NCBI GenBank assembly: GCA_043821645.1
Contig: JBDRCO010000037.1
Span: forward strand, 96,001-160,000
DNA: 64,000 nt
Source of the DNA: Pseudomonadota bacterium
Lineage (GTDB): Bacteria; Myxococcota; JACRCW01; JAFGSX01
Direction: 5' to 3'
Both the position numbers and the translations under genes were made by a program. Below the pieces are notes generated by a model. It was not told the origin of the DNA and ran no database searches. It worked only from the letters and a program-made list of their open reading frames with translations. Each line of letters begins with the position of its first letter. Positions within the stretch are counted from its first letter, which is position 1. Positions 48,811-56,950 of this stretch are shown here, in pieces.

Positions 48811-50550
48811 ATGAACACCATCCCGGTCAACAGGCACACCCCTCTTACTGCGCTGGTCCTCGGCAGCCTGGGGCTCGTCGCCTGTAGCGGCGAGGCCGAA
48901 GACCTGGCCATGGGAGACCTGCTGCGGCAAGGAGAGCTTGAATTGGGGTCCGCCTCCACCCTGGACCAGGCCGCCGAGGCCTGCGCCTCAGGAAGCACCC
49001 TGTTCGGCATCGACGTCTCGTACTACCAGGGAGCCATCAACTGGGGTCAGGTGGCCGGGGCCGGCGTGCAGTACGCGATCATTCGCGTCTCCGACGGCAC
49101 GGGCTTCGAGGACCCGCGCTTTGCCGAGTACTGGTCGGGCTCCCAGGCCGCAGGCATCCCGCGCGGTGCCTACCAGTTCTTTCGCCCCAACCAGGACCCC
49201 CTTGCCCAGGCCGACCTGCTCATCGCCAAGCTGCAGGCCCACGGTGCCGGCGAGCTGCCGCCCGTCATCGACGTCGAGGCCACCGGCGATCAGCCGGCCA
49301 GCGTGATAGCAGCCAAGGTCGGCCAGTGGCTGGCGAGGGTCGAGGCGGCGCTACACGTCAAGCCCATCATCTACACCGGCTTTTACTTCTGGCGCGACAA
49401 CGTGGGCGGCGTCACTGACTATGCCAGCTACCCGCTGTGGCACGCGCAGTACACCTCTGCGGCCTGCCCGCGCATCGCCGATGCCTGGCCGTCCTGGGCC
49501 TTCTGGCAGTACAGCAGCACCGGGCGCGTTGCCGGCATCAACGCCAACGTGGATCTCAACCGCTTCAACGGCGATCGCGCGGCCCTGCTGGGGCTAGCCG
49601 GGCCTTCTCCGCAGTGCGTTGCCGACCCGAACCTGCAGCGCTGCGACGGCACCGTGATCCGCCGCTGCACGGGCGGCCAGTACGAGGAAGGCGATTGCGG
49701 CTTCTATGGCGCGGGCTGCTCGACGGCCGGTGGTACCGCACACTGCGTGCACCCTTACTGCATGATGAACCTCGACGGCGGCGAGACGGGCACCTTCTGC
49801 GTCGACGGCAGCGAGAAGCTGGCCACCTGCAACCTGGGCACCTACGAGGAGGGCGACTGCGCAGCCTACGGCGCCATCTGCTCCGAGGCGGGAGGGCAGG
49901 GGCACTGCGTGCACTTCATGTGCTGGAGCAACCTGAATGGCGCCGAAGACGGCAGCTTCTGCGTCGACGGCAGCGAGAAGATCGGAAGCTGTGCCCTGGG
50001 TGCCTACACCGAAGGAGACTGTGCGGCGTATGGCGCCACGTGTTCCGAGGCCGGCGGCCAGGCCCACTGCGTGCACTTCATGTGCGCGAGCCACCTCGAC
50101 GGTGGCGAGGATGGCAGCTTCTGCGTCGACGACAGCACCGCTGGCGTGTGTGAGCTGGGCGCTTATGGCGAGCAGACCTGCGCGGGGAGCGAGCACTGCA
50201 TCGAGGGTCACTGCGTGCCAGGACACGAGCTCGACTGTGGGGATGGTCTCGATGAGGATGGCGACGCACGGGTGGACTGTGAGGACGAGGATTGTCAGGA
50301 CCGTGAAAGCTGCGCTGCTCCTGCTGTGTTGCCTCGACCCATTGCATTGCCGCTGGCACCGGGTTCAGGTGGCGACGGCACCACCTCCCGCAGCGGGCCG
50401 GTGGGGGGTGGCGCGATGATGGGCAGGGAGGTCCTGGTGGACCAGGGATGTAGCTGCCAAAGTGGGTCCCGCCCCCGAGGATCCGTGCTGGTGATGGTCG
50501 TGGCGTTGGTGGGGTGGCGGTGCCGCCGCCGCCGAGGTCAGGGCGTGTAG
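48811..50550 (+). CDS. GH25 muramidase (lysozyme) with Cys-rich repeats and MYXO-CTERM-like anchor
   Basis: Lipobox-like GLVAC; GIDVSYYQG, RGAYQFF, PVIDVE, FWQYS, VDLNRF; tail GCSC..VLVMVVALVGWRCRRRR. Confidence 0.92.
   Translation: MNTIPVNRHTPLTALVLGSLGLVACSGEAEDLAMGDLLRQGELELGSASTLDQAAEACASGSTLFGIDVSYYQGAINWGQVAGAGVQYAIIRVSDGTGFEDPRFAEYWSGSQAAGIPRGAYQFFRPNQDPLAQADLLIAKLQAHGAGELPPVIDVEATGDQPASVIAAKVGQWLARVEAALHVKPIIYTGFYFWRDNVGGVTDYASYPLWHAQYTSAACPRIADAWPSWAFWQYSSTGRVAGINANVDLNRFNGDRAALLGLAGPSPQCVADPNLQRCDGTVIRRCTGGQYEEGDCGFYGAGCSTAGGTAHCVHPYCMMNLDGGETGTFCVDGSEKLATCNLGTYEEGDCAAYGAICSEAGGQGHCVHFMCWSNLNGAEDGSFCVDGSEKIGSCALGAYTEGDCAAYGATCSEAGGQAHCVHFMCASHLDGGEDGSFCVDDSTAGVCELGAYGEQTCAGSEHCIEGHCVPGHELDCGDGLDEDGDARVDCEDEDCQDRESCAAPAVLPRPIALPLAPGSGGDGTTSRSGPVGGGAMMGREVLVDQGCSCQSGSRPRGSVLVMVVALVGWRCRRRRGQGV
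49684..50169 (+). repeat. About three intragenic 162-bp (54-aa) Cys-rich tandem repeats
   Basis: EGDC..YGA.CS.AGG..HCVH..C...L.G.E.G.FCVD units begin at 49684, 49846 and 50008. Confidence 0.88.
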
Positions 50551-51305
50551 ACGTAGGTGATGGAGCCGGTCACATTGCTATTGCTCGCAGACTCCATGAA
50601 ACCCTGGGTGCCGAGTTCGAGGCTCGTCGAGGTCACACTGTTGGGCCACACGCGGTCGTTGATCTCCAGCTTCACGATGTAGGTGCCCTGGGGCGCGGGT
50701 TCACCCAACCGATCCCGCCCATCCCAGGTGTAACTCTTGCTCTGGTTCGGCCACACCGAGGCCTCCGTGATGCCATCGGTGTCTGACTCTCGCGCCACCT
50801 GCCACACCGGCATGCGACCGTCCGAGTAGCGCCAGTAATCCCGATAATGGGTCAGGGTGTCGACGTAGTTTCCATCCGCGTCCTCTATCCAAAGCGCCAG
50901 GCCTATGGCCTCGGGTGCACAGCACAGCTTGAAGCTCACCAGCAACGTGCCCACCGCGGGCGGTGGCTGCGGCGTCGCGGAGACCGCCCCGGACAGCGCG
51001 CCGGTCCCTTCCTCGGCCTTGGTGGCGACGGCATAGCGGTACTCGACGCCATTCTCGAGTTCGCCGTGGGTGAAGGGGATCTGGATCTTGGTGAACTTTT
51101 CGCTGTCGGCGGTCGGATCCTTGCCGTCACGGGTCCAGTACACCTTGTAGTACAGGGCACCGTCCACGGGGTCCCAGGTCAGGTCATTTTGCCTGTCGCC
51201 GGCGACAACCCGAACATTCTCGGGTGGCGGCAGCAGGTTGGGGCCACAGCCCATGGCGCAGAGGAGCCAAGCTGCCACGAGCATCGTCAGAATACGCATG
51301 TCCAC
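50538..51305 (-). CDS. Lipoprotein with fibronectin type III domain plus DUF2271/FlgD-Ig-like domain
   Basis: Lipobox AMGC; LTWDPVDGALYYKVYW; ALWIEDADGNYVDTL, DGITEAS, WDGRD..G..APQGTY. Confidence 0.82.
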   Translation of the reverse strand: MDMRILTMLVAAWLLCAMGCGPNLLPPPENVRVVAGDRQNDLTWDPVDGALYYKVYWTRDGKDPTADSEKFTKIQIPFTHGELENGVEYRYAVATKAEEGTGALSGAVSATPQPPPAVGTLLVSFKLCCAPEAIGLALWIEDADGNYVDTLTHYRDYWRYSDGRMPVWQVARESDTDGITEASVWPNQSKSYTWDGRDRLGEPAPQGTYIVKLEINDRVWPNSVTSTSLELGTQGFMESASNSNVTGSITYVYTP

Positions 51306-51513
51306 CTCGGGATCAGATCTCGCCCTGTTTCTGCATCGTCAGCGGCGCCTTGGCAACTGCTGACGCAGAGGTCCACGAGCGAGGTGATCTGAATTCGCCA
51401 CCAAGCTGTGGTCAGCACCTGAATCGCTTGTCCACCACCGGAGCGGTGTTACATACAAGCTGTGGCAGGGCTGGCCCGCAAGCACCCCGCTCGGGGAAGG
51501 ACGGATACTGGAG

Positions 51514-52131
51514 ATGGACAACGCGAGCCGCAGCAGTGTGATGGTGGCCATACGTCGGCAGTGGCAGCCGGTGATCAACAACGTGGTGGCAGCGTGCCGG
51601 GGTGACGCGAGGGCAGCCGAGCAGATAAAACCTTTTCTCAAGCATCTCTCCTCGCAGGAGGACTGGCGCGACCTCACCGCTGTGCTGCGGCGCATCCTCG
51701 ATGGGGAGCGCGAAGCGCAGCACTTGGTGGATGGGCTGGACCCCACGGACAGTCTGATCGCCGGCCACGTACTGGATCAGCTGGGGGTCGACCTGTCGAG
51801 CTTGCCTTCCGAGCTGGTCGCTGCGGTGCGGACACCCACCGAGGGTGACTCAGGCACCGAGATGTCCCTGGTCGATTTCATCTCGATGGTGGTCGGCGCG
51901 TTGCGTCAGGGGACTCCTGGCGCTCGGGTCGAGGAACTCAAGACGATGACCCAGGCCATGGCCCATGCCGACGACTCCCCGGAGTCCTTGCGGGCTCTCG
52001 GGGGTCTGCTCCACGGTCTGCTACACGAACAGCCCCTGGACCTGAAGCTGGTGCCACCCGAATTTTCGCAGTACCTCCAAGGCGCGCTCGCCTCCTTGCT
52101 GGCACCCCAGCGTCCGCCGGCCGAGGCCTGA
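51514..52131 (+). CDS. Hypothetical alpha-helical protein
   Basis: GGAG RBS; LRRILDGERE...GLDPTD; no catalytic motif recognised. Confidence 0.7.
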   Translation: MDNASRSSVMVAIRRQWQPVINNVVAACRGDARAAEQIKPFLKHLSSQEDWRDLTAVLRRILDGEREAQHLVDGLDPTDSLIAGHVLDQLGVDLSSLPSELVAAVRTPTEGDSGTEMSLVDFISMVVGALRQGTPGARVEELKTMTQAMAHADDSPESLRALGGLLHGLLHEQPLDLKLVPPEFSQYLQGALASLLAPQRPPAEA

Positions 52132-52140
52132 GAAACACCC

Positions 52141-52833
52141 TCAGAGCTTGGGACCGAGCCCCTCGACCAGATCTTCCAGGCTCGCCGCGTCGAGGACGCG
52201 GATCCGGTTGTTGTCGAGCAGTTCGATGTAGCCGCTTTCCGCCATCCGCCGCAGGGTCCTGGACACGGTCTCGCTGGTGAGGTTGAGGTGGCTCGCCATG
52301 TCCTTCTTCAGCATCGGAAAAGAGAACTCGGTGCCCACACTCCCGCCTTGCGACAGCAGCAGGTGTCGCGCCAGCCTCCCCGAGGCGTCGCGCAGCACGA
52401 TGTCCTCCATCAGTCCCACGAGGTGACGGACCCACTGCGACAGGCTGAGCAGGAGCTGCTTGCACAGCAGGTGGTCCGTATCGATGGCGTCGAGGAAAGA
52501 ATCCCTGGGCAGCAGAGCACACAGCGAGTCCTCGAGGGCCTCCGCGCTGGCCGGGCACTCGAAGCGGCCGATGACGGCCACCTCGGCAAAGGTCTTGCCG
52601 GGATCCGCCAGGTGCAGCAGGTGCTCCTTGCCGCTGGGCGCAATCTTGTAGATGCGCACCAGCCCGCTCCCCACGACATACAGGCCCGGGCAGGGATCGC
52701 CCTGCCTGAAGATCTGTTCACCACGCTGCAGGCGGACCAGGTGGGCCAGCCCGGTGACGCGACTCATGGGACCGGGGTCCAGGTGCCCGAAGAAGGCACT
52801 ACCACGCAGGATCTGGCCCACCGAGAGTTCCAT
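52141..52833 (-). CDS. Crp/Fnr-family transcriptional regulator (HcpR/Dnr-like)
   Basis: IFRQGD, GLVRIYK..SGKE, TFAEVA; HTH MASHLNLTSETVSRTL; no N-terminal FNR Cys cluster. Confidence 0.92.
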   Translation of the reverse strand: MELSVGQILRGSAFFGHLDPGPMSRVTGLAHLVRLQRGEQIFRQGDPCPGLYVVGSGLVRIYKIAPSGKEHLLHLADPGKTFAEVAVIGRFECPASAEALEDSLCALLPRDSFLDAIDTDHLLCKQLLLSLSQWVRHLVGLMEDIVLRDASGRLARHLLLSQGGSVGTEFSFPMLKKDMASHLNLTSETVSRTLRRMAESGYIELLDNNRIRVLDAASLEDLVEGLGPKL

Positions 52834-52855
52834 CTCGACCTCGATCGTCCTGCAC

Positions 52856-52869
52856 TTGATCCAGCTCAA
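52856..52869. promoter_or_regulatory. FNR/HcpR-type operator
   Basis: TTGAT-CCAG-CTCAA (one mismatch to TTGAT-N4-ATCAA) between the regulator and the divergent cupin-ferredoxin genes. Confidence 0.7.
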
Positions 52870-52949
52870 GGTGCCGGAGTGTACGCCGCGGTACATAACG
52901 AACCACAGCGGCGCTCGACATGCCAGCCACGCCGCACCGGGAGACCATC

Positions 52950-53309
52950 ATGAGCACCATGCAGAACTCGAGCGGCGGCGTGACCGAAGCCACGGCCGTG
53001 CCTGTCCAGGACCTCGCCAGCTATGCTGGCGGAGCTATCGTGAGCCGGACCCTGGCCAAGGCCAAGGGCGGCAGCTTCACCTTCTTTGCCTTCGATCAGG
53101 GCCAGGAGCTCAGCGAGCACTCGGCGCCCTTCGACGCCTACGTGCAGGTGCTCGACGGAGAAGCCGAGCTGATCATCGGCGGCAAAAGCGTGCGCGCGCG
53201 GGTCGGTGAGCTGGTGCGGATGCCAGCCAACATCCCACACGCGGTCAAGGCCAACCAGCGCTTCAAGATGCTGCTGGTCATGATCCGAGATCTGCCGGAG
53301 GGGACCTGA
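52950..53309 (+). CDS. Cupin-domain protein
   Basis: FAFDQGQELSEHSAPFDAYVQVLDGE..MPANIPHAV. Confidence 0.92.
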   Translation: MSTMQNSSGGVTEATAVPVQDLASYAGGAIVSRTLAKAKGGSFTFFAFDQGQELSEHSAPFDAYVQVLDGEAELIIGGKSVRARVGELVRMPANIPHAVKANQRFKMLLVMIRDLPEGT

Positions 53310-53310
53310 C

Positions 53311-54093
53311 ATGGCACTGCGCGAACTCGTTCGTATCGACGAGGACAAGTGCGACGGTTGCGGCCTGTGCGTCCCGGCCTGCGCCGAGGGAGCGATCCAG
53401 ATCATCGATGGCAAGGCCAAGCTGGTCAGCGAGATTTACTGCGACGGCATCGGAGCCTGCCTGGGGCACTGTCCTCAAGAAGCGATCACCGTCGACAAGG
53501 TCGAGGCTCGGCCCTTTGATGAGGCCGCGGTGGAGCAGCACCTGGCAAGCCTGAAGCCGGTCGGACCCACGTCACCCGTCGCCAAAACCGAGACCTTCCC
53601 CCCCACAAAGGAGCACCTCATGGCCCACGGTGGCGGCTGTCCAGGTTCTCGCATGATGCAGTTCAAACCCGAGGCCGACCACGGCCCGCAGGAGGACACC
53701 GGCGCTCAGCCGTCGCAGCTCCGGCAGTGGCCGGTCCAGCTCCACCTCGTCGCACCCATGGCGCCCTACTTCCAGGGCGCGGACCTGTTGCTGACCGCGG
53801 ACTGCGTGCCCTTCGCGATGGCGGCGTTCCATCGCGACTACCTCAAGGGCAAGGCCCTGGCGGTGGCCTGTCCCAAGCTCGACACCAACCAGGACGTCTA
53901 CTTTGACAAGCTGGTCGCCATGATCGACCAGGCGCGCATCAACAGCATCCACGTCCTGGTCATGCAGGTCCCGTGCTGTGGCGGTCTGTTGCGCCTGGCG
54001 CAGGACGCAACGGCCCGGGCTTCGCGCAAGGTGCCGATCAAGTGCACGACGGTCAGCGTGCAGGGTGAGATCCTCGACGAGAGCTGGGTCTGA
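53311..54093 (+). CDS. 4Fe-4S dicluster protein with Cys-rich C-terminal domain (FrdX-like)
   Basis: CDGCGLCVPAC, CDGIGACLGHCP, GGCPGS, LRQWPVQL, ADC, CPKLD, MQVPCC. Confidence 0.9.
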   Translation: MALRELVRIDEDKCDGCGLCVPACAEGAIQIIDGKAKLVSEIYCDGIGACLGHCPQEAITVDKVEARPFDEAAVEQHLASLKPVGPTSPVAKTETFPPTKEHLMAHGGGCPGSRMMQFKPEADHGPQEDTGAQPSQLRQWPVQLHLVAPMAPYFQGADLLLTADCVPFAMAAFHRDYLKGKALAVACPKLDTNQDVYFDKLVAMIDQARINSIHVLVMQVPCCGGLLRLAQDATARASRKVPIKCTTVSVQGEILDESWV

Positions 54094-54101
54094 TTCGCGG
54101 C

Positions 54102-55559
54102 TCACTTGTCGTCGTCGGTCTCGACCAGGATGCTGCCGCCCAGGCCCCTGCGCACCCGGGCACGGGAGGTGGCCTCGCCGCGCTCGCGCACCACGGTCTT
54201 CTCCTCGGCCAGCTCGCGACTCACCACCAGCACGTTGAGCGTGTGCCGCAGGGTCTCGGAGGACGACTGCTGAGCCAGGCTGCGAATGGTATGCACGGCG
54301 AGTGTGCGCAGCATCGAGGTGGCCGGGAGCCTGGGCACACAGCGCTCCAGGCCGTCGAGGATCTGCTCCGAGCTGTTCTCACCACCGCGCTGCAGGACCT
54401 CGAGCAGCAGCTCGACGATGGTGGCGGCGTGGCCACCTCGCGCCGAGGCCTCGAGGAGGGCGACGATCTGCTGCAGGCCAGAGCGCGTCAAGCACTGCTG
54501 ACCGTGCTCGCAGATCGACACGGCTGCGGCGATGGCCAGCTTGTCGCCGTCGAGCACCGGGCGCTGCAACAAGCGCGCGGCGCGCTGGCTGGTCCGTTGC
54601 TCCTCGCTCCAGATCAGGGCCAGGGGCGCCAGGGCACGCTGCGCGCCTGTGTCGCCCTCGTAGTCCACGAAGCGTTGCAGGACCTTCGGCCTGGCCAGAG
54701 GCTCGAGCAGTTGCCCCCGGGCCGGGTCTTCGCCGAGCTCAGCGTCCGCCACGATGCCGGCAAAGGCCACCAGAGCTCCAGCCACCGGCGGTGAACGCTC
54801 GACGATGCCGTCGGCCGCGTTGTAAAGCGACACCAGTGGCTCGCCGGCCGTGCTGGCTGCCACGTCGCGCACGTGGGGGAGGTCCTCGCTGGCCAGCAGC
54901 GCCGGCTGGCGTGTCAGGGCCAGGGCGGCATGCAGGCGAGCGACGCGGTGGTCCTCGTCGATGAAGGGTTTGCTGCGCCACAGCAGGGTGCGGACGGCCT
55001 GCAGTGCTGCGTCCGAGCCTTGCGCCAGCATCCAGTGCAGCAGGCGCCGGGCGTCGCCGTCGCGATCGGCTTGCAGCGCACGCACACCCACCGCGAGCAG
55101 GTCCGCCGGAGTCAACTGGTCGGGAGCCCCGGCCAGGATGTCCGCGGCGAGTTCGGCGGCATGTCCCGGGACTCGCACCGCCTTGCGCAGCATGGCAATG
55201 GCATCTCGCCGACCGGCCAGGGTGGCGCGACGCAGCAGCCGCATCGCCCCCTTGCGCGCTTCGCGGCGGCCCAGAGCCTGACTCAGGGCCCAGAATTCCA
55301 GGCTGCTGAGGCGTGCGAAGGCCTGATCCAGGATCTGGAACACCCGCCGCAGGATGCGTACCTGGTCCCGGGGTGGGAACTCCCAGACCAGGGAGTCGTC
55401 GACCAGCAGCTCGGCCAGCTTGGCCAGGGCCCGGGGGTCGCCTGCCATCGCTGCATTCCCGACCTCGCCGAGGATCTTGAGCAGATGAATCCGCTCATCC
55501 TCGCTGAGCGGCTCGAAGCGCTCGCGTCTGGTGATCTCGGTGGAATCCGGTCGCGGCAT
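54102..55559 (-). CDS. Hypothetical alpha-solenoid (ARM/HEAT-like) protein
   Basis: Long Leu/Ala-rich helical ORF with GC3 bias; start placed at ATG 55559. Confidence 0.7.
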   Translation of the reverse strand: MPRPDSTEITRRERFEPLSEDERIHLLKILGEVGNAAMAGDPRALAKLAELLVDDSLVWEFPPRDQVRILRRVFQILDQAFARLSSLEFWALSQALGRREARKGAMRLLRRATLAGRRDAIAMLRKAVRVPGHAAELAADILAGAPDQLTPADLLAVGVRALQADRDGDARRLLHWMLAQGSDAALQAVRTLLWRSKPFIDEDHRVARLHAALALTRQPALLASEDLPHVRDVAASTAGEPLVSLYNAADGIVERSPPVAGALVAFAGIVADAELGEDPARGQLLEPLARPKVLQRFVDYEGDTGAQRALAPLALIWSEEQRTSQRAARLLQRPVLDGDKLAIAAAVSICEHGQQCLTRSGLQQIVALLEASARGGHAATIVELLLEVLQRGGENSSEQILDGLERCVPRLPATSMLRTLAVHTIRSLAQQSSSETLRHTLNVLVVSRELAEEKTVVRERGEATSRARVRRGLGGSILVETDDDK

Positions 55560-55617
55560 GTCGTGTCTCGACGGAGCCTGCAGTGACCTGGGAGTACCAG
55601 GCACTCGCAGGGGGGTA

Positions 55618-56790
55618 TCAGGAACGCAGCCAGTCATCGAAGCGGCTGGCTCGCTTCGACGTTGCGCCCGTGCCGGGTGTGCGCACGAGGGCGAGGTCGC
55701 CCTGTCGCGAGGCCCTGCTGTCAAGGCCACTGTCAAGATCGCCGCGTGCCGGGTCGGCGTCGCCGGCTCCTTCGGCAGCATGAGCGTGCTGGAACACCGT
55801 GCGCTGGTCCACCTCGCTGCGGCGGAGCGCCTTGAAGTCGCTGTCCGGTGCAGGCAGCTTGGCTCCGTCCAGGAGCAGGTACGAGAACCCCTGTCCTCCC
55901 TCCCGCGCGTCCTGGGACCTGGGAGCCTCGGCCAGCACGCGCTGAAAAGGAACCCAGTCCTGTGGGTGAATGGCCTGGCAACCAGCGCGGCTCACTCCGA
56001 CACGATTCGCTTCCGCGCCGCGGTGAAACTGGATCTGAAGGCGCGGACCGGCCAACAACACGGGATGCGCCGTGATGGGCGGATCGTGGTCCCCTGTCCC
56101 ATCGTCGTCGTGGCGATCTGCCTGCAGGCGCACAAGGCCCTGCTGAACCAGCCCGAATTCGCCGTGGGCAACCTCGCCGCGCCTGAAGGCATCGCGGTAA
56201 AAACCATCGGCCAGGAGACTCATGCCCACGAAGCTGCCGGCATGATCGTGGTAGCCCAGGATCAGCTTCTCGGGATCTGAGAAGCGGCCCGCATCTGTGC
56301 TTGCCCTGAAGGACTGGACCTCCCTGATGCCGTCGACGAGGCGGCAGGTGTGAAGTGTGTCGTTGTAGTCGCTGCCCCCGGAGCTGCCGGCGTGGCCGAT
56401 GACCACGCCGCGGATTCCGATCAGGTTGATCTCCTTGTCGCCGGTCTTCCATGCAGTCTCGTCGCCGGCCGCCTGCTGCACCGTCAGTTTCTGCAAATAG
56501 TCATAGAGCGGACCCTGGCTCATCTCGAGGAAGGTGGCCTGGGCTGTGTCCTGTGCGTGCTGCGCATGCTGTGCCGCCGCGAATTGTTGAATCTCCTGAG
56601 CCTCGGCGCCCCGGGCCGCCGCCGTGGCCACGGTATCCGCCGTCGCTGTCGTGGCCTGAGACGCCGCCCTCGCCGAAGCCTGGGTGGTCTTGGCTCGCGA
56701 TGTGCTCGGGCTCGCCGGCTTTGCCACCGCCGCCCTGACTGGCCGAGATCCCCTGTTGGTGACGCGGCTCAAGCTCGTCGTCCTTTCCAC
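55618..56790 (-). CDS. Hypothetical protein with L,D-transpeptidase-like (His...GC) domain and disordered N-terminus
   Basis: INLIGIRG, YNDT, STDAG, IQFHRG...VSRAGCQ, FSYLL; AGGAGG upstream. Confidence 0.65.
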   Translation of the reverse strand: MERTTSLSRVTNRGSRPVRAAVAKPASPSTSRAKTTQASARAASQATTATADTVATAAARGAEAQEIQQFAAAQHAQHAQDTAQATFLEMSQGPLYDYLQKLTVQQAAGDETAWKTGDKEINLIGIRGVVIGHAGSSGGSDYNDTLHTCRLVDGIREVQSFRASTDAGRFSDPEKLILGYHDHAGSFVGMSLLADGFYRDAFRRGEVAHGEFGLVQQGLVRLQADRHDDDGTGDHDPPITAHPVLLAGPRLQIQFHRGAEANRVGVSRAGCQAIHPQDWVPFQRVLAEAPRSQDAREGGQGFSYLLLDGAKLPAPDSDFKALRRSEVDQRTVFQHAHAAEGAGDADPARGDLDSGLDSRASRQGDLALVRTPGTGATSKRASRFDDWLRS

Positions 56791-56950
56791 ATCATCCGGG
56801 GAGCCCCCTCCTACACGGAATTGAATTGTCGGCGCTGAGGCGGGTTTCGTCTACCTCGTCATCGTGAGGATGGGAGACTCTGCGCGCAGGTCTGACATGA
56901 CAGGCATCGTGCACCGGGATTCCGGTCTGCCTGGCTGCGATGGACCCGGC

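Noticed and set aside
56825-56860. Full sigma28 promoter for the LD-transpeptidase-like gene
   Set aside because: Only a GCCGACAA -10-like box is present; no convincing TAAA -35 at the right spacing.
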